From the NCBI GenBank assembly GCA_963668675.2, contig CAXXMB010000001.1:192001-256000 (forward strand): a DNA stretch of 64,000 nt. Direction: 5' to 3'. A program made the translations under genes and the position numbers. The number at the start of each line of letters is the position of its first letter. Position 1 is the first letter of the stretch. The DNA is from an uncultured Desulfatitalea sp. GTDB lineage: Bacteria; Desulfobacterota; Desulfobacteria; Desulfobacterales; Desulfosarcinaceae. The notes beneath the pieces are model-generated. The model saw only the letters and a program-made list of their open reading frames with translations, ran no database searches and had not been told where the DNA came from. Below, in pieces: positions 9,440 through 19,168 of this stretch.

Positions 9440-10918
9440 CTAAACCGAGATGTTTCGACTTTCCCGGGCCGCCTCCTGGGGATCGACGCGCCAGGTGAAG
9501 AGGGGGGAGATCAGATAGAGAATCATGAACAGCAGACTGACCTGGCCCAGATAGGGCGTAAAGGCACAGATGATAAGCATCAGAACGATAGAGCGCCCAA
9601 TCCATGGCTGGCGGCTCATGGCGCGCCCCATGTGCATATAGTGGATTGGGTAGAGGTTCATGATGATGGCTGAAAAGAGCATCATTACAGCGGTGAAATA
9701 CCCCCAAAAAGGGGCCCACGCCGGGAACGACTCGAAAGCCTGTTCGTAAATCACCAGCGGCGAGAGCACGAACAGGGCAGCAGCGGGGGTTGGTAAGCCC
9801 TTGAAGAAGCCTGGGATGGGGGCTTTGTCGATGGTGAAATAGACCAGACGCGTCAAGCCGGCAAGCGCGTAAGCGAAGGCAAGCCAACCGATGGCGACGG
9901 ATGAGAAGCGGCCATTTCCAAAATCGGTCAGAGCAACATAGAAGATCCAGGCCGGAACAATGCAGAAGCTTATGGCATCGGCAAAGTCGTCCATCAGGCT
10001 GCCCAGATTGACCTTTCTCTGTGATGGTGATTCCGCCTCCGGCAGTGGTTCGGTTAGCCCCAATCGTCTCGCCACAGATCCATCCAGTTTGTCGAAAGTG
10101 GCTGCTCCGATCAACATGAAGTACATCTCCCGGAACCGTCCTTGATAGGCGAAGAAGACGCCGATCAACCCCATCATGGCATTCATCACCGTCAGGGCGT
10201 TTGGAAACACAGAGAGGATTTTGCGCCTTAAAACCTGTTCGCCAAAACAGAGCTCGTCGAGGCAGGCGGTGCCGTACTTGCGGCAGTAAGCAGCGATAGA
10301 GCCGAAGTTGATGATCAGGAACAGAATTTCGATGAAGTAGAACGTTCTCAGAGGCAGCGTGCCCATCCATGAAATCCCATAATAGAGCCAGGAGGAGGGG
10401 CCTTCGGGCACATGGAAGGCATACGCGTAAAGCAGTGCACTGACCGGCGCCGCCACAATGGTGCGCAGTCGGGTAAATTCCTTGGATTCCGGTTCGGTGC
10501 CCTGGCGGATGGCGAAGCTGCGCATGAACCCGGCAAAATTGTCTCTGATCAGCACGGTGACGCAGAGCAGAAGCACGAATATGGCGTGCAGCAGTTGGGG
10601 ACGGGAGGGCTGCTCTCCGATGAGGCGCCACATGGTCCCAACGGCGATGACCGGAAAGATGATCGAATAGACCAGCTTGTCCATGATACGGTCCGCCAAT
10701 GCTGCCAGTGACGATTGCGGCTGATAGCGAGCAGCAAACCACCCATCGATGAGATCGAAGGTCATGGATACGACCAGAAATGTCACCCCGAGGGTGTAAA
10801 CCGAAGGGTTGTGGTTCCACATCACCGCCAATGCGCATATCATTCCGGCGAAAACCAGTGCGGGGCGTCCATACACCAACATGGTCGTTACTTTGGCCGG
10901 TATTTTGGTGATCATCAT
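9440..10918 (-). CDS. CDP-alcohol phosphatidyltransferase with two tandem catalytic domains
   Basis: Two DxxDGxxAR..DxxxD motifs: DLIDGWFAAR..DRIMD and DKLDGSVARR..GSLMDDFAD; FFKGLPTPAAA (PssA-like). Start chosen at MMITK. Confidence 0.82.
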   Translation of the reverse strand: MMITKIPAKVTTMLVYGRPALVFAGMICALAVMWNHNPSVYTLGVTFLVVSMTFDLIDGWFAARYQPQSSLAALADRIMDKLVYSIIFPVIAVGTMWRLIGEQPSRPQLLHAIFVLLLCVTVLIRDNFAGFMRSFAIRQGTEPESKEFTRLRTIVAAPVSALLYAYAFHVPEGPSSWLYYGISWMGTLPLRTFYFIEILFLIINFGSIAAYCRKYGTACLDELCFGEQVLRRKILSVFPNALTVMNAMMGLIGVFFAYQGRFREMYFMLIGAATFDKLDGSVARRLGLTEPLPEAESPSQRKVNLGSLMDDFADAISFCIVPAWIFYVALTDFGNGRFSSVAIGWLAFAYALAGLTRLVYFTIDKAPIPGFFKGLPTPAAALFVLSPLVIYEQAFESFPAWAPFWGYFTAVMMLFSAIIMNLYPIHYMHMGRAMSRQPWIGRSIVLMLIICAFTPYLGQVSLLFMILYLISPLFTWRVDPQEAARESRNISV

Positions 10919-11220
10919 CGAAGATCTGCCTTCTTGATAGGAATATATCGAGTGCAATTTTTGAGTATACACCAGCTCCGGCTGAACTGCACAGGATAAA
11001 TTGTTTCGACCCGAGGCGCTGTTTGCGGTGTTATTGGGTTTTTCAACCGGCAACAATGCAGGCGAACAGATGTGATCCTGGCCTTGGTCCGCATTCCAGC
11101 AGCCCTGCAAGATGAAATCAAGCTTCAATGCAACCACGGAACATTAACGCTCCCTTTTGCAAAAGGGGGACGCCGTTTCCCGTAATAAGCTTTACTTGAG
11201 TTTTATAGGGAATCGTATCA

Positions 11221-11370
11221 TTATTAAAGTGACAAATAAATAGACCAACTATCGTTATCCTGGACACGATCCGGAATCCAGCAATTGCCTGGATAGCCCT
11301 CAAACCTAACTGTGTGGCCGGCATTCGCCGGAATGACATTTAATGTTGTTTTTAGTTGCCGGGTTAATAA
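11221..11370 (+). repeat. ~150-bp MITE/REP-like element, family A, copy 1
   Basis: Ends TTATTAAAGTGACAA / TTGCCGGGTTAATAA; internal ..CGCCGGAATGAC; similar to copies at 12524, 21369, 48757. Confidence 0.8.
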
Positions 11371-11478
11371 TAATGCCCATTGTTTGGAAAGCACTGAACC
11401 TTCATCTTCTTTGATACGCTCCTTTTAACGAAGCTTCACCATCTCCATCCTCCATTAACCTAAAGCAGGAGTTACTCG

Positions 11479-11709
11479 ATGAAAGAGATAATTGAAATCA
11501 TTGCACGGGCGCTGGTTGACCAACCTGAACAAGTAAGCGTTACAGAAATATATGGGGCCCACACATCCATATTGGAGCTTAAGGTCGCCAAGGCGGACAT
11601 TGGAAAGATCATCGGCAAGCAGGGGCGCACTGCTTCTGCACTACGGACCATCGTAAACGCTGTTTCGGCGAAAGAAAAAAAAAGAACCATGCTGGAGATT
11701 GTGGAATAA
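11479..11709 (+). CDS. khpA: KH-domain RNA-binding protein KhpA
   Basis: ALVDQPEQV..DIGKIIGKQGRTA signature; RBS AGGAG. Confidence 0.9.
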   Translation: MKEIIEIIARALVDQPEQVSVTEIYGAHTSILELKVAKADIGKIIGKQGRTASALRTIVNAVSAKEKKRTMLEIVE

Positions 11710-11796
11710 CAACCGGAAGCCGAGCTTTTCATAAAGCTTTTATTAGAGGAGAAGGACGGTATGAATGGAGAAGAGATCAATGCAAAGGCGCGGGCG

Positions 11797-12275
11797 TTAT
11801 CGCTGCGCTTTACTCTCAGAAGTTCGGTAGGTGGATAACTCTATGAAACAGCCCAATTTTGGCTTTTTGCGGGTTCCGCCGACGATCTTGGCAACATGAG
11901 CTGCTGTGGCGATCTGCTCCTGGGTCAATCTTCGAATCACATCCTCGGCAGCTTTGTCGTTCAGGCGGCCGAAACAGTTGGTCATGGAGAACGCCTGGGT
12001 GTTCCGCCCCCTGACCAGTAGATGGTCTTTTTAGTGCCATCTTTGCCCGTGTCCCATAGCAGACGAATCCGCTCCCCCTCCTTGAGTCTTTCCAGCGCCG
12101 CCTGCCGTTCGCTGCCGTCGATGTTTCTGTATTCGCACCCCACCGCTGGTGTGCGGACCGTTTCGATAAGATCCCTCTTCTTCGGCTTGCACATCACCTC
12201 CTTCAGATTGATGCGTTCGCTCTTCGACCGTTTGGAGGGAATCAGCAGACGTTCAAGGGTGTCGATAAGACCCAT
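11797..12275 (-). pseudogene. HIRAN-like domain gene with a single-base frameshift near 12018
   Basis: AVGCEYRNIDGSERQAALERLKEGERIRL..TIY; adding one C (TAC CTG) joins it to LVRGRNTQAFSMTNCFGRL..KIVGG..KLGCFIEL. Confidence 0.65.
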
Positions 12276-12523
12276 CAGATACCTCTGGGCATATTTGATT
12301 ACTGTTTAAGATAGTCCGGTATCTCGTCATCGTCATTGGTTTGGGATCGATTCGAGTCACTGAAGAATGACAAGCAATACCTAAAAAGTCAATATATTAT
12401 ATGAAATTCATTAGTTGCGGTCATTTAGCCCAACGGGCGCATTCTCAATCATCAGCTCGTCCAGGTGGTACCCTGTCCTGCGTGCCCCCCACTTTGGCAA
12501 CGTTTTCTATTTCAGAATCCCAG

Positions 12524-12673
12524 TTATTAAAACGGCAATATAATAGACCAACGATTGTCATCCTGGATTTGATTCAGGATCCAGTAAACGTCTGGATAGC
12601 GCCAAGGCTTCACTGGGTGCCCGGCTTTCGCCGGAATGACGGGGATTGTGATCTTTAATTGCCGGGTTAATAA
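12524..12673 (+). repeat. MITE/REP-like element, family A, copy 2
   Basis: TTATTAAAACGGCAA ... TTGCCGGGTTAATAA terminal inverted repeats; internal GTCATCCTGG..CCGGAATGAC. Confidence 0.85.
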
Positions 12674-12795
12674 CACAGGAAGAGAGAACATTGGCTTGAT
12701 TCCTTCGCAGTATCAGGTTTAAACTTACTACCAGTCATCGTTCAATCACCATTTCTACACGACACATTTTCTCCTCCAACTGAAAGGCAAAGCAA

Positions 12796-14490
12796 ATGAC
12801 ATTTCAGAATCAACGGTTTTGCGATCGCAAAAAGGGCGGCATCGGCCGACGGGCTCTCTTCAAATGCATGGGAGCCACCGATGATGATCTGGACAACCGG
12901 CCCATGATCGGCATCGCCAACGCCTGGAATGAGCTGGTCCCCGGCCATGTGAACTTGCGGCAGATCGCCGAGCACGTGCGCAAGGGGATTTTTCAGGCAG
13001 GGGGCACGGTAGCTGAATTCGGCGTTATCGGCGCCTGCGACGGCCTCTCCAACGGACATGCGGGCATGTACTACTCTCTGCCGTCGCGCGACATGATCGC
13101 CAGCAGCATTGAAATAATGGTCTTATCGCACCGCCTTGATGGGCTGGTCATGATCGGTTCGTGTGACAAGATCGTACCGGGGATGATGATGGCCGCGGCC
13201 CGACTCGATATCCCGGCCATCATCGCCCTGGGTGGCCCGGCGCTGGGCGGTGTTTCCTTCGACAACCGCAAATCGGATCTGACGTCCCTTTCCGAAGGCT
13301 TTGCCATGTACCGCAGCGGCAAAATCAGCCAGGAGGAGTTGTACCAGTTGGAGGATCTCGTCATGCCCACATGCGGCTCCTGCTCCTTTTATGGAACCGC
13401 CAACACGATGTGCTGTCTCTCCGAGGCGGTCGGTTTGTCGCTGCCTGGCTCGGCCACGATACCGGCCGTCTACGCCGAACGCCTGCGGTCTTCGGTCGAT
13501 GCCGGCAAAGCCATTGTTGAATTGACGCTGCAGGGCACCACTGCCCGCGACATCATTACGATTGATTCGCTCCGCAACGCCGCACGCGTCTTGATGGCGA
13601 CCGGCGGTTCGACCAACGGTGTCCTGCACTTGATTGCCGTCGCCGTTGAGCTGGGCCTCGAGGCGGAGATGATGATGAAGATCCTCGAAGAGGTCAGCGA
13701 AGATACACCCCATGTCGCCAAGATCAACCCGGCATCGGAATATGACATGGAGGATCTCTACCGGTCCGGCGGCATCCCACAGGTGATGAAAGAGATCAGT
13801 TCCCTTTTGAATCTGGATTGCCAGACAGTCACCGGCAAGACAGTCGCAGAGAACCTTGAGGGTCACGCTTCACCCTTTGAACCCGACCGCAGGGTCGTCA
13901 AAACGATGGCCGCCCCCTTCAATAGCTCCAAGGGACTCGCCGTGCTGAGAGGAAACCTGGCGCCCAATACTGCCATCACCAAACCGGCGGCCATCGATCC
14001 TTCCATTATGACCTTCACAGGCACCGCCAAAACCTTCGACTGCGAAGAGGAGGCCGGCAAGGCTGTCCTGGAGGGACGGGTTGCCGCCGGCGACGTGGTG
14101 GTGATCCGGTACGAAGGCCCAAAAGGCGGGCCAGGCATGCGTGAAATGGCCAAGGTGATGAAGTATATGTACGGCGTTGGTCTGGCCAAATCAGCGGCGC
14201 TGGTCACCGACGGGCGGTTTTCCGGCACCAACAACGGCTGTTTTGTGGGACATGTCTCACCCGAGGCTTCCGAAGGCGGACCAATTGCAATTGTTCGCGA
14301 CGGCGATAACATCACCATCGATATTCCCAACAACACCTTGACCTTGCACCTGACCGACGAAGAGATCGCCTCGCGGTTTCAAACATGGCAGCCGCCGGCG
14401 CCGAAACACGATACCGGATTTTTAAGCCTTTACGAGCACCTGGCGGAATCTGCCGACAAGGGAGCGGTGATGCGGATCAAAAGGAGATAA
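12796..14490 (+). CDS. ilvD: dihydroxy-acid dehydratase
   Basis: SLPSRDMIA, CDKIVPG, CSFYGTANTM, GGSTN, RYEGPKGGPGMREM, TDGRFSG motifs. Confidence 0.93.
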   Translation: MTFQNQRFCDRKKGGIGRRALFKCMGATDDDLDNRPMIGIANAWNELVPGHVNLRQIAEHVRKGIFQAGGTVAEFGVIGACDGLSNGHAGMYYSLPSRDMIASSIEIMVLSHRLDGLVMIGSCDKIVPGMMMAAARLDIPAIIALGGPALGGVSFDNRKSDLTSLSEGFAMYRSGKISQEELYQLEDLVMPTCGSCSFYGTANTMCCLSEAVGLSLPGSATIPAVYAERLRSSVDAGKAIVELTLQGTTARDIITIDSLRNAARVLMATGGSTNGVLHLIAVAVELGLEAEMMMKILEEVSEDTPHVAKINPASEYDMEDLYRSGGIPQVMKEISSLLNLDCQTVTGKTVAENLEGHASPFEPDRRVVKTMAAPFNSSKGLAVLRGNLAPNTAITKPAAIDPSIMTFTGTAKTFDCEEEAGKAVLEGRVAAGDVVVIRYEGPKGGPGMREMAKVMKYMYGVGLAKSAALVTDGRFSGTNNGCFVGHVSPEASEGGPIAIVRDGDNITIDIPNNTLTLHLTDEEIASRFQTWQPPAPKHDTGFLSLYEHLAESADKGAVMRIKRR

Positions 14491-14731
14491 GGGCAAACAT
14501 CGGCAGGTAGGACCAAAAGCGGAACAGAGCGTGAAATTCGACCCTCGGGGCTTATGCTCAGGTGAGTCTATGTTTGACCAATACGGGTATTGTCGTTATA
14601 TTTTTCTATGTTACCTCATTTATGGGCATAAACGCCTAAACGATTGACTATCTAAAAAGTCACGCCATATTCATCAAAACCCTACGGTTCATTGGGGAAA
14701 AGAGGGCCCAAGTCTCACGCTGACCGAAAGG

Positions 14732-14747
14732 CGGCATACTGGAAGCG
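14732..14747 (+). promoter_or_regulatory. possible sigma54 -24/-12 promoter for vgrG island 2
   Basis: CGGCATACTGGAAGCG: GG-N10-GC spacing ~47 nt before ATG, but lacks the usual TT before GC. Confidence 0.3.
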
Positions 14748-14793
14748 TTCAATTCTTAACGTGCGCAAGCGCTTAACCTAGTGGGAGGCCAAA

Positions 14794-16935
14794 ATGGCCA
14801 CATTCACCCAAGCAAACGAACCCCGTTTCACCTTTAAAATCGCCGGAACTGAATTGATGGTGGCCGATCTGACCGTCAGCGAGCAGATATCGAGACCGTT
14901 CGAGGCACTTTTGAGCCTTGCGTCCGAAGATGAAATTCATTTCGATGACACGGTCGGAAAACCGGCTCTGCTGACGATGGAAAACGGTGATGCGGATCGC
15001 TACGTTCACGGCGTTGTCGACCGCTTTATCCAAAATGGCATTAATGGCCGATTCTATCTATATCAGGCGCGGGTTGTCCCCCAGATCGAGCTGCTCTCTC
15101 TGGAGCAGGATTGCCGTATTTTTCAGGACAAAAAGGTGCCGGACATCGTCGAAGAGGTGTTGGCCGAGAGCGGTGTGACGTCCGACCTGCTGGATGTGAG
15201 ACTCCAACGCACCTATGCGTCGCGCGATTATTGCGTTCAGTACCGTGAAACTGATTTGGATTTTATCTCCCGCCTGTTGGAAGAGGAGGGGATCTTCTAT
15301 TTTTTCGAACACAGCCAGGAGAAGCACGTCATGGTGCTGGGAGACGGCACCGTGAATTATCAGCCTATCGCAGGCCAGGCGCAAGTCGTCTTCAATCCCG
15401 GTGGTGCCATGGTGGCCGTGGAAGAGGCGGTGGTTGCCTTTCACCTGTCGAAACAGATCCGCCCCGGAAAATACACGGTGCGGGATTTCAATTTTAAAAG
15501 CCCGTCCCTGGAGTTGACCGCCGACAACAAGGACAGTGAAAACACAAAACTGGAAATTTACGACTATGCCGCCGGGCATCAGACCCCGGAGGCCGGGAAG
15601 GCCATTGCCAAAGTGCGTCTGCAACAGGTGATGATGAACAAGGAGCGGGCAGAGGGGCGTAGCGTCGTGCCCCGGTTCATTCCCGGGTTTACTTTTACGT
15701 TGAGCGACCATCCGATGGACGCCTTCAATCAGGAGTATCTATTGGTCGGCATGGTCCATAACGGCGCACAACCCCAGGTGCTGGCGGAAAAGGCGACGTC
15801 GGACAGGGGCACCAGCTATGACAACACGTTTATGGCCGTCCCTTCGGCCGTGACCATCAGACCCGAAAGATCGATTCATAAACCATTGGTCGAGGGCGTC
15901 CAAACCGCCATCGTCACCGGGCCGTCCGGCGAGGAGATCTATACGGACGAACACGGCCGCGTCAAAGTCCAGTTTCACTGGGATCGCTTGGGTGGGAAAG
16001 ACGAAAAGAGCTCCTGCTGGATCCGGGTCAGCCAGTCCTGGGCCGGGGCCGGCTGGGGGGCCATGCACATCCCCCGTATCGGCCAGGAGGTGATCGTCGA
16101 TTTTATCGAAGGCGACCCCGACCGGCCGATCATTACCGGCCGCGTCTATCACGGCACCAACACACCACCCTACGCGTTGCCTGATGAAAAGACCAAAAGC
16201 ACCATCAAGTCCGACTCCAGCAAGGGCGGTGGCGGTTCCAATGAATTCAGGTTCGAGGATAAAAAGGGCAGCGAAGAGATATACATCCACGGCCAGAAAG
16301 ACTGGACCATTGCCATCGAGAATGACAAAAACCAGTCCGTTGGAAATAATGAAACCCTTCAGGTGGCCAGCAATCGAACCAAGAGTGTCGGCGCGGACCA
16401 GAGCGAAACCATCGGCAGTAACAAGACCATCCAGGTCGGGGCCAACCATACCGAGAGCATCGGCAGCAATATGACCGTAACCGTTGCCGCCAACAAAAGT
16501 GAAACCGTCGGGGTCAACTCCGCTGAGACCATCGGTGCGGCCAAAGCGTTGACGATCGGCGCTGCCTATCAAGTCACCGTCGGGGCTGCGATGAACGAAA
16601 CTGTGGGTGCCGCAAAAGCAGAGGAGGTCGGTGCCCATAAATCGGTGGCCGTGGGCGGCAATGTGTCCGAAGCCATAGGGGGCAGCCGCGCTCTTTCCCT
16701 GGGAAAAGATTCGGATATCAATATCGGCGGAAAGCAGATCGAGAAAGTGGGCAAGGAACACTCTTTAGATGCCAAGAAGATTCAGTTAACGGCCAAGGAT
16801 CAAATTACGCTCAAGACCGGAAAGGCTGAAATCATCATGAAAAAAAATGGTGATATCACCATAAAAGGTAAAAAAATCAGTATTAAAGGAAGTGGCGATG
16901 TGATCGTTAAAGGCAGCAAGATCAAGGAGAACTGA
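14794..16935 (+). CDS. vgrG: type VI secretion spike protein VgrG
   Basis: YCVQYRETDLDFISRLLEEEG, TDEHGRVKVQFHWDR, HIPRIGQEVIVDFIEGDPDRP; gp5 repeats; RBS GGGAGG. Confidence 0.97.
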   Translation: MATFTQANEPRFTFKIAGTELMVADLTVSEQISRPFEALLSLASEDEIHFDDTVGKPALLTMENGDADRYVHGVVDRFIQNGINGRFYLYQARVVPQIELLSLEQDCRIFQDKKVPDIVEEVLAESGVTSDLLDVRLQRTYASRDYCVQYRETDLDFISRLLEEEGIFYFFEHSQEKHVMVLGDGTVNYQPIAGQAQVVFNPGGAMVAVEEAVVAFHLSKQIRPGKYTVRDFNFKSPSLELTADNKDSENTKLEIYDYAAGHQTPEAGKAIAKVRLQQVMMNKERAEGRSVVPRFIPGFTFTLSDHPMDAFNQEYLLVGMVHNGAQPQVLAEKATSDRGTSYDNTFMAVPSAVTIRPERSIHKPLVEGVQTAIVTGPSGEEIYTDEHGRVKVQFHWDRLGGKDEKSSCWIRVSQSWAGAGWGAMHIPRIGQEVIVDFIEGDPDRPIITGRVYHGTNTPPYALPDEKTKSTIKSDSSKGGGGSNEFRFEDKKGSEEIYIHGQKDWTIAIENDKNQSVGNNETLQVASNRTKSVGADQSETIGSNKTIQVGANHTESIGSNMTVTVAANKSETVGVNSAETIGAAKALTIGAAYQVTVGAAMNETVGAAKAEEVGAHKSVAVGGNVSEAIGGSRALSLGKDSDINIGGKQIEKVGKEHSLDAKKIQLTAKDQITLKTGKAEIIMKKNGDITIKGKKISIKGSGDVIVKGSKIKEN

Positions 16936-16936
16936 G

Positions 16937-17434
16937 ATGAATAAAAAGAGGGCCAATGTTGTCGACTTGAATCCGCAGCGAGATGCGGATCGTTCGAACG
17001 TCTCTGTCGGGCGCATCGTGGCCGTCACGGAGGAGGGTCACGTCTTCGTAGAGAGCCCGTCCGATGGTATCGGCAGAAGGCAAGCGCGCTTCATCGACGG
17101 AATGTTTTCAGCATCCGGTGCCGAGGTCGCCCCAGGTGCGCCGGTGCTGTTGTTGTTTGAAAATAACGACCCGGCCTTGCCGATCATCGTAGGGCTGGTG
17201 CGCGAAGTCGTCGCGCCGACCGAAAAGCAAACCCTCGACGTGAAGCGTCCCCAGGATGCATTGATCGATGGCAAGCGAATCGTTTTCGACGCCCGGGAAG
17301 AGATCGTGCTGCGATGCGGGAAAAGTGCCGTCACCTTGCGCAGAGACGGCAAGGTGGTCGTGAAAGGCACCCAAATCACCAGCCGTTCGACCGGCCGGCA
17401 CAAAATCAAGGGCGCTTCGGTCAGCATCAATTAG
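16937..17434 (+). CDS. DUF6484-type gp5/OB-fold-like spike accessory protein
   Basis: VLLLFENNDPALPIIVG, EEIVLRCGKSAVTLRRDGKVVVKG..IKGASVSIN; position as in vgrG1b-type clusters. Confidence 0.8.
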   Translation: MNKKRANVVDLNPQRDADRSNVSVGRIVAVTEEGHVFVESPSDGIGRRQARFIDGMFSASGAEVAPGAPVLLLFENNDPALPIIVGLVREVVAPTEKQTLDVKRPQDALIDGKRIVFDAREEIVLRCGKSAVTLRRDGKVVVKGTQITSRSTGRHKIKGASVSIN

Positions 17435-17485
17435 ACATCATCCAAGATTCGGGATCCATCGATCCAAGATGTGGAGGTGAATGAT

Positions 17486-17950
17486 ATGGGCGTCACCGTG
17501 GGTGTGAACAACTTGTCGGTGGTCCACAAAAGCAGCAGCGGTGTGACCATCGCCTTCCCTGATGTTTGTAAAACGCCGACCCCGGGAGGACCGGTTCCAA
17601 TCCCCTATCCGAACATCGCCAAATCGTCCGACACGGCCAAAGGGACGAAGAAAGTGAAGTGCGACGGCAATCCGGTCTGTCTCAAGGACTCCAATTTTTC
17701 CATGAGCACCGGCGATGAAGGCGGCACGGCCGGCGGCGGGGTGATATCGAGCAAAATCAAAGGCAAAGCCGAGTTTGTCAATTTCTCTTTCGATGTGAAA
17801 TTCGAAGGCAAAAACGTGGCGCGGGCATTCGATCTGATGTTGCACAACCAGAAAAACACTCCGCCGTTCCCCCTTTTGCAGCCGCCCATCATCGGTATAC
17901 CCTCACCGGTCAAGCCCGTGTGCACGATCTGCGATAAACCGCTGAAGTAG
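17486..17950 (+). CDS. DUF4150 PAAR-like protein, stand-alone, C-terminal CxxC
   Basis: FPDVCKTPTPGGPVPIPYPNIA, STGDEGGTAGGGVIS, DVKFEGKNVAR; RBS GGAGGTG. Confidence 0.9.
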   Translation: MGVTVGVNNLSVVHKSSSGVTIAFPDVCKTPTPGGPVPIPYPNIAKSSDTAKGTKKVKCDGNPVCLKDSNFSMSTGDEGGTAGGGVISSKIKGKAEFVNFSFDVKFEGKNVARAFDLMLHNQKNTPPFPLLQPPIIGIPSPVKPVCTICDKPLK

Positions 17951-17959
17951 TAGTGCTAT

Positions 17960-17988
17960 CGCCGACCTGAAATCAGGTCGGCGCTTTT
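17960..17988 (+). terminator. intra-operon stem-loop, possible rho-independent terminator
   Basis: CGCCGACCTGA-AA-TCAGGTCGGCG followed by CTTTT. Confidence 0.55.
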
Positions 17989-18007
17989 AAATACGAAGTA
18001 TAGAAGG

Positions 18008-19126
18008 ATGATGATGGCTGCGATGAATCTCATGATCACAGGCTTGGGAATGATCACATCGGTCGGCTTCGATGCGGCCAGCTCATGCGCATCGATCCGC
18101 GCCGGTTTGAATCGGCGCCGCGAAATCGATTACTACACCACGCTCGACACGGAGACCATGGATGCCATCCCCGTCATCGGTTGCCCGGTGAGCGGGTATG
18201 CCGACGGCTTCAACAAAGTGGGCCGATGGATTCGGCTGGGCCTGGGATGCTTGCAGGATCTGATCGATCAGAATGCCCTTCCGGACAGAACCGATACCCA
18301 ATTCTGGTCGAAGACCGGTCTCATCGGCGTAACACCGCCTTGCCGGGAACCCAGAATCGATGCCGATGAGGCGTGTACGCCGAAAGACGTCCTACGCGCG
18401 TTTCTCCATCCGCTGATAGATCTGTTGGATCGCCCCATTCCGGAATCCAATCTTGAAATGGTTTGTGCCGGTCATAGCGGCGCCGTCATGGCGGTCGATA
18501 TGGCCCCCGCCATGATGACCCAAAAGGGGCTGGAACGGGTCATCGTTCTTGGGGTCGACTCCTACCTCGATCCTGAAAGCCTCGATTGGCTCTCGGAAAA
18601 TCATCGGCTCAAGATCGAAAGCATGCCGACCGGTCTCATGCCGGGAGAAGCCGGCGCCTGTTTCATGCTCGAATCGGAAAGGGCGGCCCAAAACCGTCGG
18701 GCAGAAGGATTGGCGGCGGTCGTCCAACCGGCCTTGGGCACCGAAGAGAACCACTACTACTCCGACGGATCGAGCCAGGGCGTGGCCCTTGCCGGCGCCA
18801 TCCACCAAGCTGTCGTCAACGCCGGTTTGGACGGCCCCTTTGCCGGCGACGTGATTTCTGACATGAACGGAGAAACGTGGCGGGCGTATGAGCTCGGATC
18901 GGCGCGCATACGCCTGTCGTCGGTTCTGTCGGAAGAGGCCGACTTCGTCTTTCCGGCAGACTCGCTTGGAGAGGTCGGAGCCGCCAGCGGTGCGGTGGCC
19001 ATTTGCATGGCCGTTCGTATGCTCCACCGGCATTACAGCCATGGGGATACGGTGCTGATTGCCTCCAGTTCGGACGCCGGACCGGTAGGCGCGGTATGCG
19101 TTCGAAATGCCATCACAACATCTTGA
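18008..19126 (+). CDS. thiolase/3-oxoacyl-ACP synthase-like T6SS adaptor (PRK06147 type)
   Basis: GMITSVG..SCASIRAG, LGVDSYL, MPGEAGA, SDMNGETWRAYE, GEVGAASG. Confidence 0.85.
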   Translation: MMMAAMNLMITGLGMITSVGFDAASSCASIRAGLNRRREIDYYTTLDTETMDAIPVIGCPVSGYADGFNKVGRWIRLGLGCLQDLIDQNALPDRTDTQFWSKTGLIGVTPPCREPRIDADEACTPKDVLRAFLHPLIDLLDRPIPESNLEMVCAGHSGAVMAVDMAPAMMTQKGLERVIVLGVDSYLDPESLDWLSENHRLKIESMPTGLMPGEAGACFMLESERAAQNRRAEGLAAVVQPALGTEENHYYSDGSSQGVALAGAIHQAVVNAGLDGPFAGDVISDMNGETWRAYELGSARIRLSSVLSEEADFVFPADSLGEVGAASGAVAICMAVRMLHRHYSHGDTVLIASSSDAGPVGAVCVRNAITTS

Positions 19127-19168
19127 AATATTATTAAATATTAAAATTGATGGAGATGCGACGCCAAA

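Noticed and set aside
12401..12658. Small ORFs over intergenic repeats (also 11118-11339, 48760-48987 and the 5' extension to 62114)
   Set aside because: They are translations of MITE/REP palindromes
14491..14530. GGGCAAAC..GGACC.AAAGC resembling a c-di-GMP-I riboswitch upstream of vgrG2
   Set aside because: No GNRA-capped P2 stem or convincing P1/P3 pairing
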